A stretch of DNA of 64,000 nt from an uncultured cyanobacterium (GCA_963749915.1 CAVVOP010000008.1:576001-640000); one strand, 5' to 3'. Positions 52,546-62,120 are shown, counted from the stretch's first letter. The notes: generated by a model not told the origin, from the sequence alone. A program made the numbers and translations.

Positions 52546-52818
52546 CAAGGGTAGTAAGCCCTATGCACCCAAAATGATGTTGGCCTTGTTGTTTTATTGC
52601 TATGCCAAAGGCATCTTTAGTAGTCGCAAGATCGAGCAGGCAACCTATGATTGGGGGAGCGAGAAGCTAAAGAAAAGGCTCGGGGTCGGAAATTGGGCGG
52701 TAAGCCAGCGAAAGCCCCGGAACCTGGCCCACAAGCCAAAGACCAAATGAATTTTACCGACTCCGAGTCGCGGATTATGCCGGTTTCCGGAGGAGGTTTT
52801 GAGCAGGCCTATAACGCT
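52545..52818 (+). mobile_element. IS1182-family transposase fragments
   Basis: PYAPKMMLALLFYCYAKGIFSSRKIEQATY joined out of frame to ...NFTDSESRIM...GFEQAYNA. Confidence 0.78.
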
Positions 52819-52829
52819 AGTCCGACAGA

Positions 52830-53040
52830 CTCCTAGGAGATCACTCATAGCCCGCAGTAAATCAGCGGCCTTCTGATCAATCACCGGTTCCTGATTCTGC
52901 GTCAATTCCGCTGCCACCGTCGGTGGTGCAGAATTGGTGCCAGCTAGCACCCTTGTTGCCAGCGGCCCTGACTGTATGACCAAAGCCGTTGCCAAGGTAC
53001 AGAAGATGGCACTTTTGCTTAAATCCAAATGTAATTTCAT
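52830..53040 (-). pseudogene. 5' fragment of a secreted DUF2092-like protein
   Basis: Signal peptide, then VIDQKAADLLRAMSDLL, truncated at the IS1182 fragment. Confidence 0.55.
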
Positions 53041-53281
53041 AATGCTCGAAGACGTGACGTGAACAATGGGTAAAGATGAGTTTGTTAACTCGATTCATTA
53101 GCCGTTAGCTGCTCCGATCGCCTCCGGTTCCGGGTTAATGTGTTTTTTCATTCATTTAGAGTACACGATGTCCGTTACGGTACTAATGATTAGAAAAGCA
53201 ATGATGGTCGCTACTAAATCAACCATCCCATCATACAGGGTTTTAATAGTAAGTAGTGTACAGGAAATTACTCTAAAGGCT

Positions 53282-53385
53282 CAGGAGAATCCCACACGTT
53301 TCTGAAACTGTTTTTCTGAAACCTTTTTCTGGCAAGCTTTTTCGCTCTTTTGCTGAATTGTGAAGTTTTGTGTGCGATTCTCCTG
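53282..53385 (-). mobile_element. ISAs1-derived MITE (104 bp)
   Basis: Ends CAGGAGAATCCCAC / GTGCGATTCTCCTG share the IR of the ISAs1 remnant ending at 34962. Confidence 0.8.
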
Positions 53386-53467
53386 GTTTAGAAATATGCC
53401 AACTTAAAACTTGGTACACAATCCCAGTATAATAAAGCAGAAAAACCATCGAAAATAGAAGCCCATA

Positions 53468-55006
53468 ATGACAGGTTTAGCCTTATTAAGTGTATCCGAT
53501 AAAACAGGCATTGTAGAATTTGCTAGGACATTAGTAGAAGAATTTAATTTTCAAATCATCAGTAGCGGTGGTACAGCGAAAACTTTACAATCTGCAGGTA
53601 TTCCCGTTACTAAAGTTAGTGATTATACAGGTTCAGCGGAAATTTTAGGCGGGAGAGTTAAAACCTTACACCCTCGTATTCACGGCGGCATTTTGGCAAG
53701 GTGGGAATTAGAATCTCATCAACGAGACTTACAAAATCAGGACATTCGCCCCTTTGATTTAGTGGCAGTTAATTTATACCCTTTTGAAAAAACCATCGCC
53801 CAAGAAAATTGTACCGTTGAAGATGCGATGGAACAAATAGATATAGGTGGTCCCGCTATGGTGAGAGCTAGTGCGAAAAACTACGCTCACGTCACTATTT
53901 TAAGCAATCCTGCCCATTATGATCATTATTTGACGGAATTAAGAGAAAATAAGGGAAAAACCACCCTAGAATTTCGTCGAGCAAGGGCAGCAGAAGCCTT
54001 TGCCATGATGGCTAGTTATGATCAAGCTATTTGTCGCTATTTTGCCCAAACTAATGCCGAATCTACAGATTATTATGGCATTGGGGGGAAAAAAATTGCT
54101 ACCCTTCGTTATGGTGAAAATCCCCATCAAAAAGCTAGTTGGTATCAAATTGGTAGTGAGGCTAAAGGTTGGGTTGGGGCGACTCAATTGCAGGGTAAAG
54201 AGTTAAGCTATAACAACTTAGTTGACTTGGAGGCCGCCAGAAGAATTGTCTGCGAATTTCCTAATAATGAACCTGCGGTAGTGATAATTAAACATACTAA
54301 TCCTTGCGGTGTGGCAGTGGGGGAAACCCTATTTGAGGCGTATCAAAAGGCTTATAATGCGGATTCTGTGTCAGCTTTTGGGGGTATTGTGGCCTTAAAT
54401 CAGGCTATTGATGCATCTACAGCCCAAGCCATGAGTAAAATATTTTTAGAGTGTATTGTTGCCCCTGATATTATGGAGGAGGCCAAAGTCATTTTAGGGA
54501 AAAAATCTAATCTTCGAGTGTTATTGTTATCAGACTTAAACTCTGGTAGTCAAGATAATATTAAAGCCATCGCCGGAGGATTTTTAATTCAAGAAAATGA
54601 CATTGCCATCGAACTTCCTCAAACATGGCAAATTGTCACGGAAAAGCAACCCAGGGAAGAAGAATTGAAAGAGTTACTTTTTGCCTGGAAAATCGTTAAA
54701 CACGTTAAATCTAATGGGATCGCCATTACCAAGAACTATACTACATTAGGGATTGGTGCAGGGCAAATGAATCGAGTAGGATCCGTAAAAATAGCTCTGG
54801 AACAAGCTGGAAATGAGGCCCAGGGAGCATTTTTAGCTAGTGATGCTTTCTTCCCCTTTGACGACTCTGTACGTACCTGTGCCGAGGCTGGCATAAGTGC
54901 CATTATTCAACCCGGGGGTTCAATCCGAGACGAGGATTCCATCAAAGCCGCCAATGAATTAGGGTTAGTGATGGTATTTACTGGAGTACGTCACTTTTTA
55001 CATTAA
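53468..55006 (+). CDS. purH: Bifunctional AICAR transformylase/IMP cyclohydrolase
   Basis: ALLSVSDK, GRVKTLHP, IDIGGP, RYGENPHQ and ASDAFFPF. Confidence 0.97.
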   Translation: MTGLALLSVSDKTGIVEFARTLVEEFNFQIISSGGTAKTLQSAGIPVTKVSDYTGSAEILGGRVKTLHPRIHGGILARWELESHQRDLQNQDIRPFDLVAVNLYPFEKTIAQENCTVEDAMEQIDIGGPAMVRASAKNYAHVTILSNPAHYDHYLTELRENKGKTTLEFRRARAAEAFAMMASYDQAICRYFAQTNAESTDYYGIGGKKIATLRYGENPHQKASWYQIGSEAKGWVGATQLQGKELSYNNLVDLEAARRIVCEFPNNEPAVVIIKHTNPCGVAVGETLFEAYQKAYNADSVSAFGGIVALNQAIDASTAQAMSKIFLECIVAPDIMEEAKVILGKKSNLRVLLLSDLNSGSQDNIKAIAGGFLIQENDIAIELPQTWQIVTEKQPREEELKELLFAWKIVKHVKSNGIAITKNYTTLGIGAGQMNRVGSVKIALEQAGNEAQGAFLASDAFFPFDDSVRTCAEAGISAIIQPGGSIRDEDSIKAANELGLVMVFTGVRHFLH

Positions 55007-55108
55007 TTCATCACTGAAAGCTTTACCCCATAAAGGTCTTATTCAGCAGACCTTAGTTATCACAAAATACTCGCAGTTTTAATGTCCTTGCAGGAAATAA
55101 ATTATAAA

Positions 55109-55852
55109 ATGCACACTGATAAAATTATTGTTCCTCTCGATGTTCCCGATTTAAAATCGGCGATCGCACTCATGAAACTATTGCCAGAAGTTAGTTTTTG
55201 GAAAGTCGGCTTAGAATTGTTTGTGGCTACTGGGACAGATATACTCAAGTTTTTAAAGGACGAAAATAAGCGTATTTTTCTCGATCTCAAATTTCATGAC
55301 ATCCCCAACACCGTCAAAAGTGCCACCCAGTCAGCTTTAAAACATCAAGTTGATTTATTAACTATTCACGCGATCGCCGGTAGAGAGGCCTTAACCGCCG
55401 CCAAAGAAGTAGTAAAAAATAGCGAGGAAGACCGCCCTAAATTGTTAGCCATTAGTGTTTTAACCAGCATTAACAGCCGACAATTAGCTTTGGACCTCAA
55501 AATTCCCCTAGAGTTGTCCGAATATGTCTTAAATAATGCTCTGATGGCTAAAGAGTGCGGTCTTGACGGGGCTGTATGTTCTCCCCACGAGGCACAAAAA
55601 TTAAAGGAAGTATGTGGAAAAGACTTTCTCTTAGTATGTCCAGGAGTGCGTCCATCATGGGCTTCAGCCGGAGATCAACAACGGATTATGACCCCAAAAC
55701 AAGCATTACAACAAGGCGCAGATTATCTTGTAATTGGTAGACCTATCACTCAAGCAGAAAATCCCCAAATAGCATGGGCTAAAATTGTGGAGGAAGTCGA
55801 ATCCCAATACCGCTGGGTTAGTGGCAAAAAAGTTACTGTGAAGGATAAGTAA
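55109..55852 (+). CDS. pyrF: Orotidine-5'-phosphate decarboxylase
   Basis: [17 protein letters not shown] and VIGRPI. ATG 55109 preferred. Confidence 0.96.
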   Translation: MHTDKIIVPLDVPDLKSAIALMKLLPEVSFWKVGLELFVATGTDILKFLKDENKRIFLDLKFHDIPNTVKSATQSALKHQVDLLTIHAIAGREALTAAKEVVKNSEEDRPKLLAISVLTSINSRQLALDLKIPLELSEYVLNNALMAKECGLDGAVCSPHEAQKLKEVCGKDFLLVCPGVRPSWASAGDQQRIMTPKQALQQGADYLVIGRPITQAENPQIAWAKIVEEVESQYRWVSGKKVTVKDK

Positions 55853-55882
55853 TAAGTAATAAGTAATAAGTAATAAGTAGTA
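55846..55882. repeat. Heptamer tandem repeat (TAAGTAA) about x5, overlapping the pyrF stop
   Basis: Visible directly. Confidence 0.9.
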
Positions 55883-55891
55883 AAGATAACC

Positions 55892-56470
55892 ATGAAAATA
55901 GGCAATTATTGTACTAAATATTTATTATCAACATTCACTGTATTTAGCAGCTTACTTTGGTATAACTATCCAAAAATTGCCTTAGCGGACACAGTAATTG
56001 ATAATAATAAATGTCCAAGTAATTTAGAAGATTTGGCGAATTTGTTAGTTGAAGATCTTCCTGATTATGCAAACAGAGTTATTCAAAGAAATCGCATTTA
56101 TTCTCATGCTTTAGATTTTTTTCCCTTTTATGTCATCGCCGCCGGAAAAGCTGAATTAGAATCATTACCATTAAAGCAAACTCAATATCAAAGTTTGGTT
56201 AAATCCACGTCAGATGCTGATACACAACAAATTTTTCTTACCACTTTAGAAAGACAATATCCTAGCAATAATAGTATTATTGAAACTCAGAATTTTCACT
56301 GGTTAATATTAACTAGAACTCCAAAAGATTGGCAAATAGTTATGGTATTAACTATCTTAGGTTATCCCGATAATTCCGAGTTTCAAAACTTTATTTCTTC
56401 ACCCCCTCTTGATACCACTGATGGAATAATAGGACAAGCCGTCAAACTCTGGTTAAAAGACTGTTCTTGA
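55892..56470 (+). CDS. Conserved hypothetical exported cyanobacterial protein
   Basis: Signal peptide, CP...DLPDYANRVIQR, FLTTLERQY and GQAVKLWLKDC. Confidence 0.75.
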   Translation: MKIGNYCTKYLLSTFTVFSSLLWYNYPKIALADTVIDNNKCPSNLEDLANLLVEDLPDYANRVIQRNRIYSHALDFFPFYVIAAGKAELESLPLKQTQYQSLVKSTSDADTQQIFLTTLERQYPSNNSIIETQNFHWLILTRTPKDWQIVMVLTILGYPDNSEFQNFISSPPLDTTDGIIGQAVKLWLKDCS

Positions 56471-56562
56471 TTAAATGTGAAATGGTTAATGTTGTCAACT
56501 TAGTGTCTTAGAAAATTTTGCCGATTTTTAAGGTCAAAATCCGCCCATTGTTCGTTAAACCA

Positions 56563-58068
56563 CTATTCTATGTCGGTACTTAAACTTTGCACCATAGCCG
56601 CTACTATCGCATCGCCCCAAACATTTACAGTAGTACGACAACGATCGAGAAACCAGTCAATGATCAGAATTAGGGAAATACCTTCTACGGGGATATTAAC
56701 AGCTTTTAAAACTATCACCATGGTGACCAATCCAGCTTCAGGAATACCTGCAGCACCAATGGCGGCGAGGGTAGCAGTTAGAAAGATGACGATTAGTTGT
56801 CCGAGGGATAATTCGATACCATAGATTTGAGCGATAAAAACGGCGGCGACTGCTTCATAAAGGGCTGTTCCATCCATATTTACCGTTGCCCCCAATGGTA
56901 TGACAAAATCAGCAATTTTGGGGTTAACTTTATTGTTTTTGATGACGCATTCAAGGGTGACGGGGATTGTGGCAGAACTAGAGGCGGTGGAAAAAGCTGT
57001 TGTTAAGGCAGGTAACATTCTCCTGAAATAAATAAAAGGGGGTCGTTTTGTGATAAAGTAAAGGGTCATAGGTAAGATAATAAGTCCGTGGAAAAATAGA
57101 CCGAAAATAACTGTACCTGAATACTTCCAAAGGGAAAGGAACTCTGTGGCAAAGCCACTGAAACCTCCCGCTTCTCCTAAACGTCCAGCAATTAACCCTC
57201 CAATGCCTACAGGAGCAAAAAGAATAATTAAATCCACTATTTTTAGGATAGCAATGTTGAGAGAATCAAAAAAATTGATGAGAATAACACCTTTCTCAAA
57301 AGTGGTTAAAATAGCCCCAAAAATCAAGGAAAAAATAATCAAAGGTAAAACGTCATTATTTACCATTGCCTGAAAAAGATTACGAGGAAGTAAACTCATA
57401 ATCACTTTTTCTAATGTCTCACCAATAGAACTTTTTTCCTTCCCTGAGAGTTTTTGGGCTATGGTTAAATCAATTTTCACACCCTTTCCTTGGGATTGTG
57501 GAGTGGTGACTTCTCCTGCCTGATTTTGCCATTCTTTAATCATCATATTTTTTTGATTAAATACTTTAGTTTCTTCAATTACTCCTGTGATATTTTGATC
57601 TAATAAAAGGAGGAAATAGCAATCATCAAATTGTTTTCTAAAATTCTCATTAGAGAGAGTTAATTGATTTTTTTCAATAGAATAATCTACATTTTCTAAT
57701 AATTGTCCCCCTCTTAATAAAACTCTTTCATTGTCACTGTCGGCAATGCCGGGTTGAACGATACTAACTAAAATTAATCCTAAAATTACAGCGATTCCCG
57801 TAGTTACCATATATAAAATAATGGTTTTTAAACCCATTCCTTTTAATAGTCTTAAGTCACCCAAGCCAGTGATACTACTAATCATAGAAATCATAACTAA
57901 AGGAGTTACTAACATCAATAAACCATTAATAAATAATTCCCCCAAAAAATAAATTTGTTTCCCCCATATTGGCGAAAACCCACCGATTAAAATACCGCAC
58001 AAAATACCAATAAGAATAGGAATTAATAAAGATTGTTGCGATTTTTCAGAAGATATATTTTCATTCAT
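56563..58068 (-). CDS. Dicarboxylate/amino acid:cation symporter (DAACS)
   Basis: FSTASSSATIP, GATVNMDGTALY and DRCRTTVNVWGD. Confidence 0.92.
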   Translation of the reverse strand: MNENISSEKSQQSLLIPILIGILCGILIGGFSPIWGKQIYFLGELFINGLLMLVTPLVMISMISSITGLGDLRLLKGMGLKTIILYMVTTGIAVILGLILVSIVQPGIADSDNERVLLRGGQLLENVDYSIEKNQLTLSNENFRKQFDDCYFLLLLDQNITGVIEETKVFNQKNMMIKEWQNQAGEVTTPQSQGKGVKIDLTIAQKLSGKEKSSIGETLEKVIMSLLPRNLFQAMVNNDVLPLIIFSLIFGAILTTFEKGVILINFFDSLNIAILKIVDLIILFAPVGIGGLIAGRLGEAGGFSGFATEFLSLWKYSGTVIFGLFFHGLIILPMTLYFITKRPPFIYFRRMLPALTTAFSTASSSATIPVTLECVIKNNKVNPKIADFVIPLGATVNMDGTALYEAVAAVFIAQIYGIELSLGQLIVIFLTATLAAIGAAGIPEAGLVTMVIVLKAVNIPVEGISLILIIDWFLDRCRTTVNVWGDAIVAAMVQSLSTDIE

Positions 58069-58229
58069 AATTATTAGTAATTGATAATTAATAAGTTGTT
58101 AAATATTTAACTTACTGGCGAAAACACGGAAAGATGTAATGATTTAATTTTCCGATGATATAAGTTTAGTTTAAAATAGTTTAATAGCTAAAAAATCTTT
58201 GGAGTTCATCTGTTAATCGGATATGGGGT

Positions 58230-60509
58230 ATGAAAGGTAAAATTCAACCAAGAAAATTTAATTCTCAACAAATAACGCAAGCTTCTAGTATCAACTTAGA
58301 GGATTATTATAGTGACCGTTTACCTGTATTTGGACTCACTATTGATGATGCTACTACCGTTGATCGAGATGATGGCGTTTGGTTGATAGAATTAAATAAT
58401 GGGAGTTTTGAGCTGCAAGTAAGTATTACGGATGTATCTACGATTATCCCCAAAAATTCTCCCATTGACGAAGAAGCCTTATTGAGAGTGGCGACTTTAT
58501 ATCACACTACTCCGCCGACTCCCATGTTACCTTGTCATATTAGCACTAATTTAGGTTCATTAGAAGAGGAAAAAAGAAGATTAGCATTGACAATGTTTTT
58601 TCAAATAGACAATAGTGGAAGTGTTAATTCTTTTCGCATTAAAGAAACTATTTTTACCAGTAAAAAGGCTTTTAGTTATACACAAGTAGAAAAAATATTA
58701 AGCAATCCTCAAGATATTCCTGAACACCAGTTATTACTAAAAATGCAAAAAGTTGCCCAATTAATTGGTAAAAAAAGAGGCGGAAAATCAGGAATTTTGA
58801 CCATCGATGGTTATGTAGATGAAGATGGTAATTTAATCGAAGAAAATGTTAATACTTATCAATTAATTGCCGAATTAATGATTTTAACGAACACCACCAT
58901 TGGCAAATTTCTAGGTGAGAATAATATTCCAGCACTATATCGTACTCAAGACGTGGGCACAACAGATTTTGAGTTAGTTAAAAAAACTATGGGACATCTT
59001 TTAGTACCAGCAACTTATGCTTCTCATGTCAAGCCCCATGTGGGTTTAGGTTTAATGGCTTATACTCATTTTACCAGCCCTTTGCGCCGTTTTGTCGATT
59101 TAGTTAATCATCGTATTGTCAAGGCAATTATCAACAAACATTCATCTCCTTACACTGTAGAAGAATTAGATAATTTGTGTTTACAGATTAATGAATATCA
59201 TAAAAAATTTAAAGAAGATAAATCTAACTTCATGAGGAGAAAAAGACAAGCGGAAGTTGAGAAAAAATTTAATAATCTTGACACCTTAGAAGTCGATAAA
59301 TTATCCCTTGAGACGTTTTCCGATTTAATTGAATATGGTGTTTTAAATAATGAAATAAAAAAAATTATTCCCCATATAGAAGCTCGTATTGATAATTTAC
59401 AACCTAAAGATTTTTATTATTTATGGTTTGCCGCTAAAGTTAACCAATTCTTTGACTATGAAAACATTGATGCCGTTTCTGTTTTACTGGTAAAGTCTCA
59501 AATAGATAATTCTGTCATCGAGTATAAATCAGAACATTGTGAACTAAGAAAACTTTATTTTGTTTATTGTTATCTCGATGGAATGACAACCCTAAATCCC
59601 GCAGAAGATACGAAGAAAAGTAAAGCGAAACAAAAAGCTGCCTTAGCAACAATTCAAAGTTATTTGAATCAGGAATTAACCTCTAATCCTAATCCTATTC
59701 CCGAAGCAAATATAACCAATTCGCTATTTAATAATGAAATGGAAAATTTCCCCGATGCTGATTTTAATACACTAAGTGATAGAGATTTTTCTAAGATTTT
59801 AGACTACTGTATTAAGACTCATTTTGATGAAACAACTATCCAGGAAATAGAAGCGAGAATTAATAATTTATTACCTAAAGATTTATATAAAATTTGGTTT
59901 CAAGCCAGAATAAATAACTATTTTGATCATCCTAACTTTGACACAATTTCGGTACTTTTAATTCATTCACAATTAACAAATTGTACTTTAGAATATAAAA
60001 TCGATTATCATCCTAAGACTCAAAAATATATTGCCTATTGTTATGTAGATAATTTAACCCATCCTCAACCGCAATTTGCCGCAAAAAAAACGAAGGCAAA
60101 ACAAAAATCCTCCTTAGCTTATATTCAATCTTACCTTAATGATTGCTTAACAAATCAACCAGATTTATTTGAAGTGGAAGAAGAAGCCGTTGCCGAAGAA
60201 AATTTAACAGATATTATTAATCCCATTAATGGGGTTAACCCAGAGGAAAAAGAGGGAAATAATAAAGAAAAAACTCTCATGGATGAATCAGATTGGGTCT
60301 CAATTCTACATCATTTCTGTCAGGTGAATCAATTAAATTATCCTAGGTATAACTTTGATAATATTGATGGGTTTTTTACTTGTCAAATTAGCTTAATTTA
60401 TGATAATAAAACTATTGTTTCTAGAGGTTATGGTAAAAACAAGAAAGATGCTAAACAAAGTGCTTCTAATATTTTAATTGTTCAACACCAGTTAATAGTT
60501 AGTGATTAA
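58230..60509 (+). CDS. RNB (RNase II/R family) domain fused to three dsRNA-binding-like domains
   Basis: TIDDATTVDRDD catalytic motif and HFTSPLRRFVDLVNHR. C-terminal dsRBD (DWVSILHHFCQ...GYGKNKKDAKQSAS) plus two internal divergent copies. Confidence 0.85.
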   Translation: MKGKIQPRKFNSQQITQASSINLEDYYSDRLPVFGLTIDDATTVDRDDGVWLIELNNGSFELQVSITDVSTIIPKNSPIDEEALLRVATLYHTTPPTPMLPCHISTNLGSLEEEKRRLALTMFFQIDNSGSVNSFRIKETIFTSKKAFSYTQVEKILSNPQDIPEHQLLLKMQKVAQLIGKKRGGKSGILTIDGYVDEDGNLIEENVNTYQLIAELMILTNTTIGKFLGENNIPALYRTQDVGTTDFELVKKTMGHLLVPATYASHVKPHVGLGLMAYTHFTSPLRRFVDLVNHRIVKAIINKHSSPYTVEELDNLCLQINEYHKKFKEDKSNFMRRKRQAEVEKKFNNLDTLEVDKLSLETFSDLIEYGVLNNEIKKIIPHIEARIDNLQPKDFYYLWFAAKVNQFFDYENIDAVSVLLVKSQIDNSVIEYKSEHCELRKLYFVYCYLDGMTTLNPAEDTKKSKAKQKAALATIQSYLNQELTSNPNPIPEANITNSLFNNEMENFPDADFNTLSDRDFSKILDYCIKTHFDETTIQEIEARINNLLPKDLYKIWFQARINNYFDHPNFDTISVLLIHSQLTNCTLEYKIDYHPKTQKYIAYCYVDNLTHPQPQFAAKKTKAKQKSSLAYIQSYLNDCLTNQPDLFEVEEEAVAEENLTDIINPINGVNPEEKEGNNKEKTLMDESDWVSILHHFCQVNQLNYPRYNFDNIDGFFTCQISLIYDNKTIVSRGYGKNKKDAKQSASNILIVQHQLIVSD

Positions 60510-60560
60510 TTAGATTACCAGAAAAAATGAAGATAATTATTATTAATTGTTAACTGGCTA

Positions 60561-60947
60561 CTACTCTTCTAAGATATTATTATTAGAAACTTCTACCGCC
60601 TTAACTTCAATCGTGCCGACAGGTGTTTCTCTGATAAATTTGCCATGTTCTACTTTTAAAGCTTCTCCACAATTTGGGCAACGGCAGTCAGCATTATTAA
60701 ACCCCGTAAAGGTATAGTTACAGACCGGACACTCATCTTCTACTAAATTTCTTTTTAGCCACCAACGAAACCCCCAAATCCCAATAATGGGGGTAACAAT
60801 TAGTAAGGCAATGAAGATTAAAAATCCATTAACCACCCACTGTAATCCTATCGAACCCAATAATAAACCAATAATTACTAATGTTAATAAACAACCTAAG
60901 CCTGAGTCACTAATATTAATGATTTTACTTTGAAAATTTGGTTTCAC
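60561..60947 (-). CDS. Conserved membrane protein with Zn-ribbon
   Basis: Two TMs, then CPVC...CPNC. GTG start at 60947 is a guess. Confidence 0.75.
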   Translation of the reverse strand: MKPNFQSKIINISDSGLGCLLTLVIIGLLLGSIGLQWVVNGFLIFIALLIVTPIIGIWGFRWWLKRNLVEDECPVCNYTFTGFNNADCRCPNCGEALKVEHGKFIRETPVGTIEVKAVEVSNNNILEE

Positions 60948-61213
60948 CCTTCTTAACTTTCCCAAATAATTTTTATGTTCACTTTAACATTTTGAATCTT
61001 CAAATGTCACAAATTCGAGATAACATTAACATTCTTTCTTTTTCCCTAACCAGTAGAACTTAGCAGTTATTTTTTCCAAAATGGAAATTTCTGTCCTCTC
61101 ACCGTTACATTGATGACAATTAGATCAAAAATAATTGTTATGATGTTGTTTGAGTATAAAATATAAATTTATCGATTACTTTTTTCGAAATACTAAGTCA
61201 ATTTTATAAAATT

Positions 61214-61393
61214 ATGGAAGCTGGTGAACCGTCTAGGAAAAAGAAAACTACTGGACAAATAACAGTAGAAATTTTTGGTACCGCTATCGCCTTAACAACT
61301 CTTGCCCTGCCAATCTTCTTAATTACTAATTTTTCTGATCAGAATGGTTCTAACTCTACACCTCCTAATCGCATTTTGATTCTGCGTCGGTAA
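61214..61393 (+). CDS. 59-aa single-TM small protein
   Basis: Translated by hand: MEAGEPSRKKKTTGQITVEIFGTAIALTTLALPIFLITNFSDQ...RR*. Below the ORF-track cutoff. Confidence 0.6.
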   Translation: MEAGEPSRKKKTTGQITVEIFGTAIALTTLALPIFLITNFSDQNGSNSTPPNRILILRR

Positions 61394-61579
61394 GTGATTG
61401 GCCATAAGGAATATTTCTTATCTTGAACTACAATAAATAAGTATAAAACAAGGGCGTTATAGGCAAATTGCCTCATTTAAAACTGTTAATTGTTCATTGT
61501 TAATTATTCACTATTCACTATTCACTATCCACTATAAACTTAAGATAATTTGATGTTTTTATGAATAAAAAGGAGTCCA

Positions 61580-62119
61580 ATGGAAATAGGTAAAATTATT
61601 GATCAAGCCCTAGAAACTGGTTATCTCACTCCGATTATGGAAGCGGAAGTAGGAAAATTGTGTGAAACCTCCACTGAACTTTCTATGGAGGAATACATGG
61701 CCTTAGATAAACTTATGGGTGCGTTATTAACTGGGGAAGTGGTAGCTATGCCCCGAAAACAATTTATTAACGTGATGGAAGAATTAGTGGTTAGTGAAGT
61801 GATTTCCAGAGTAGCTGAAATTGAAAGCACCAGTAATCGATCATTAGATGTGGGGGATATTTCTGCTTATGCCTTAAACCGCTTACCCCCTCTTTATGCT
61901 ACTACGGAAGAAGGTGCTAATTTTCAGAGGGAGAAAGCCAAAAAGGAATTACAAGCCCTAATTAATGAACAGGTAGAACGATCGATCACATTATATCTCC
62001 ATCGCCCAGAATTTTATCCCGAAAGACAAGCTATTACTAAAACCTCAGAATCTCATAATGTATTTCATCAAGTAACTCAATTATTGCAGTCTCACGCTTC
62101 CAATTATGAATCAAAATAG
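61580..62119 (+). CDS. cdgR: ComFB-family cyclic di-nucleotide receptor (CdgR-like)
   Basis: ALETGYLTP.MEAEV...FINVMEELV...DISAYALNRLPPLYATT. Confidence 0.78.
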   Translation: MEIGKIIDQALETGYLTPIMEAEVGKLCETSTELSMEEYMALDKLMGALLTGEVVAMPRKQFINVMEELVVSEVISRVAEIESTSNRSLDVGDISAYALNRLPPLYATTEEGANFQREKAKKELQALINEQVERSITLYLHRPEFYPERQAITKTSESHNVFHQVTQLLQSHASNYESK

Positions 62120-62120
62120 T

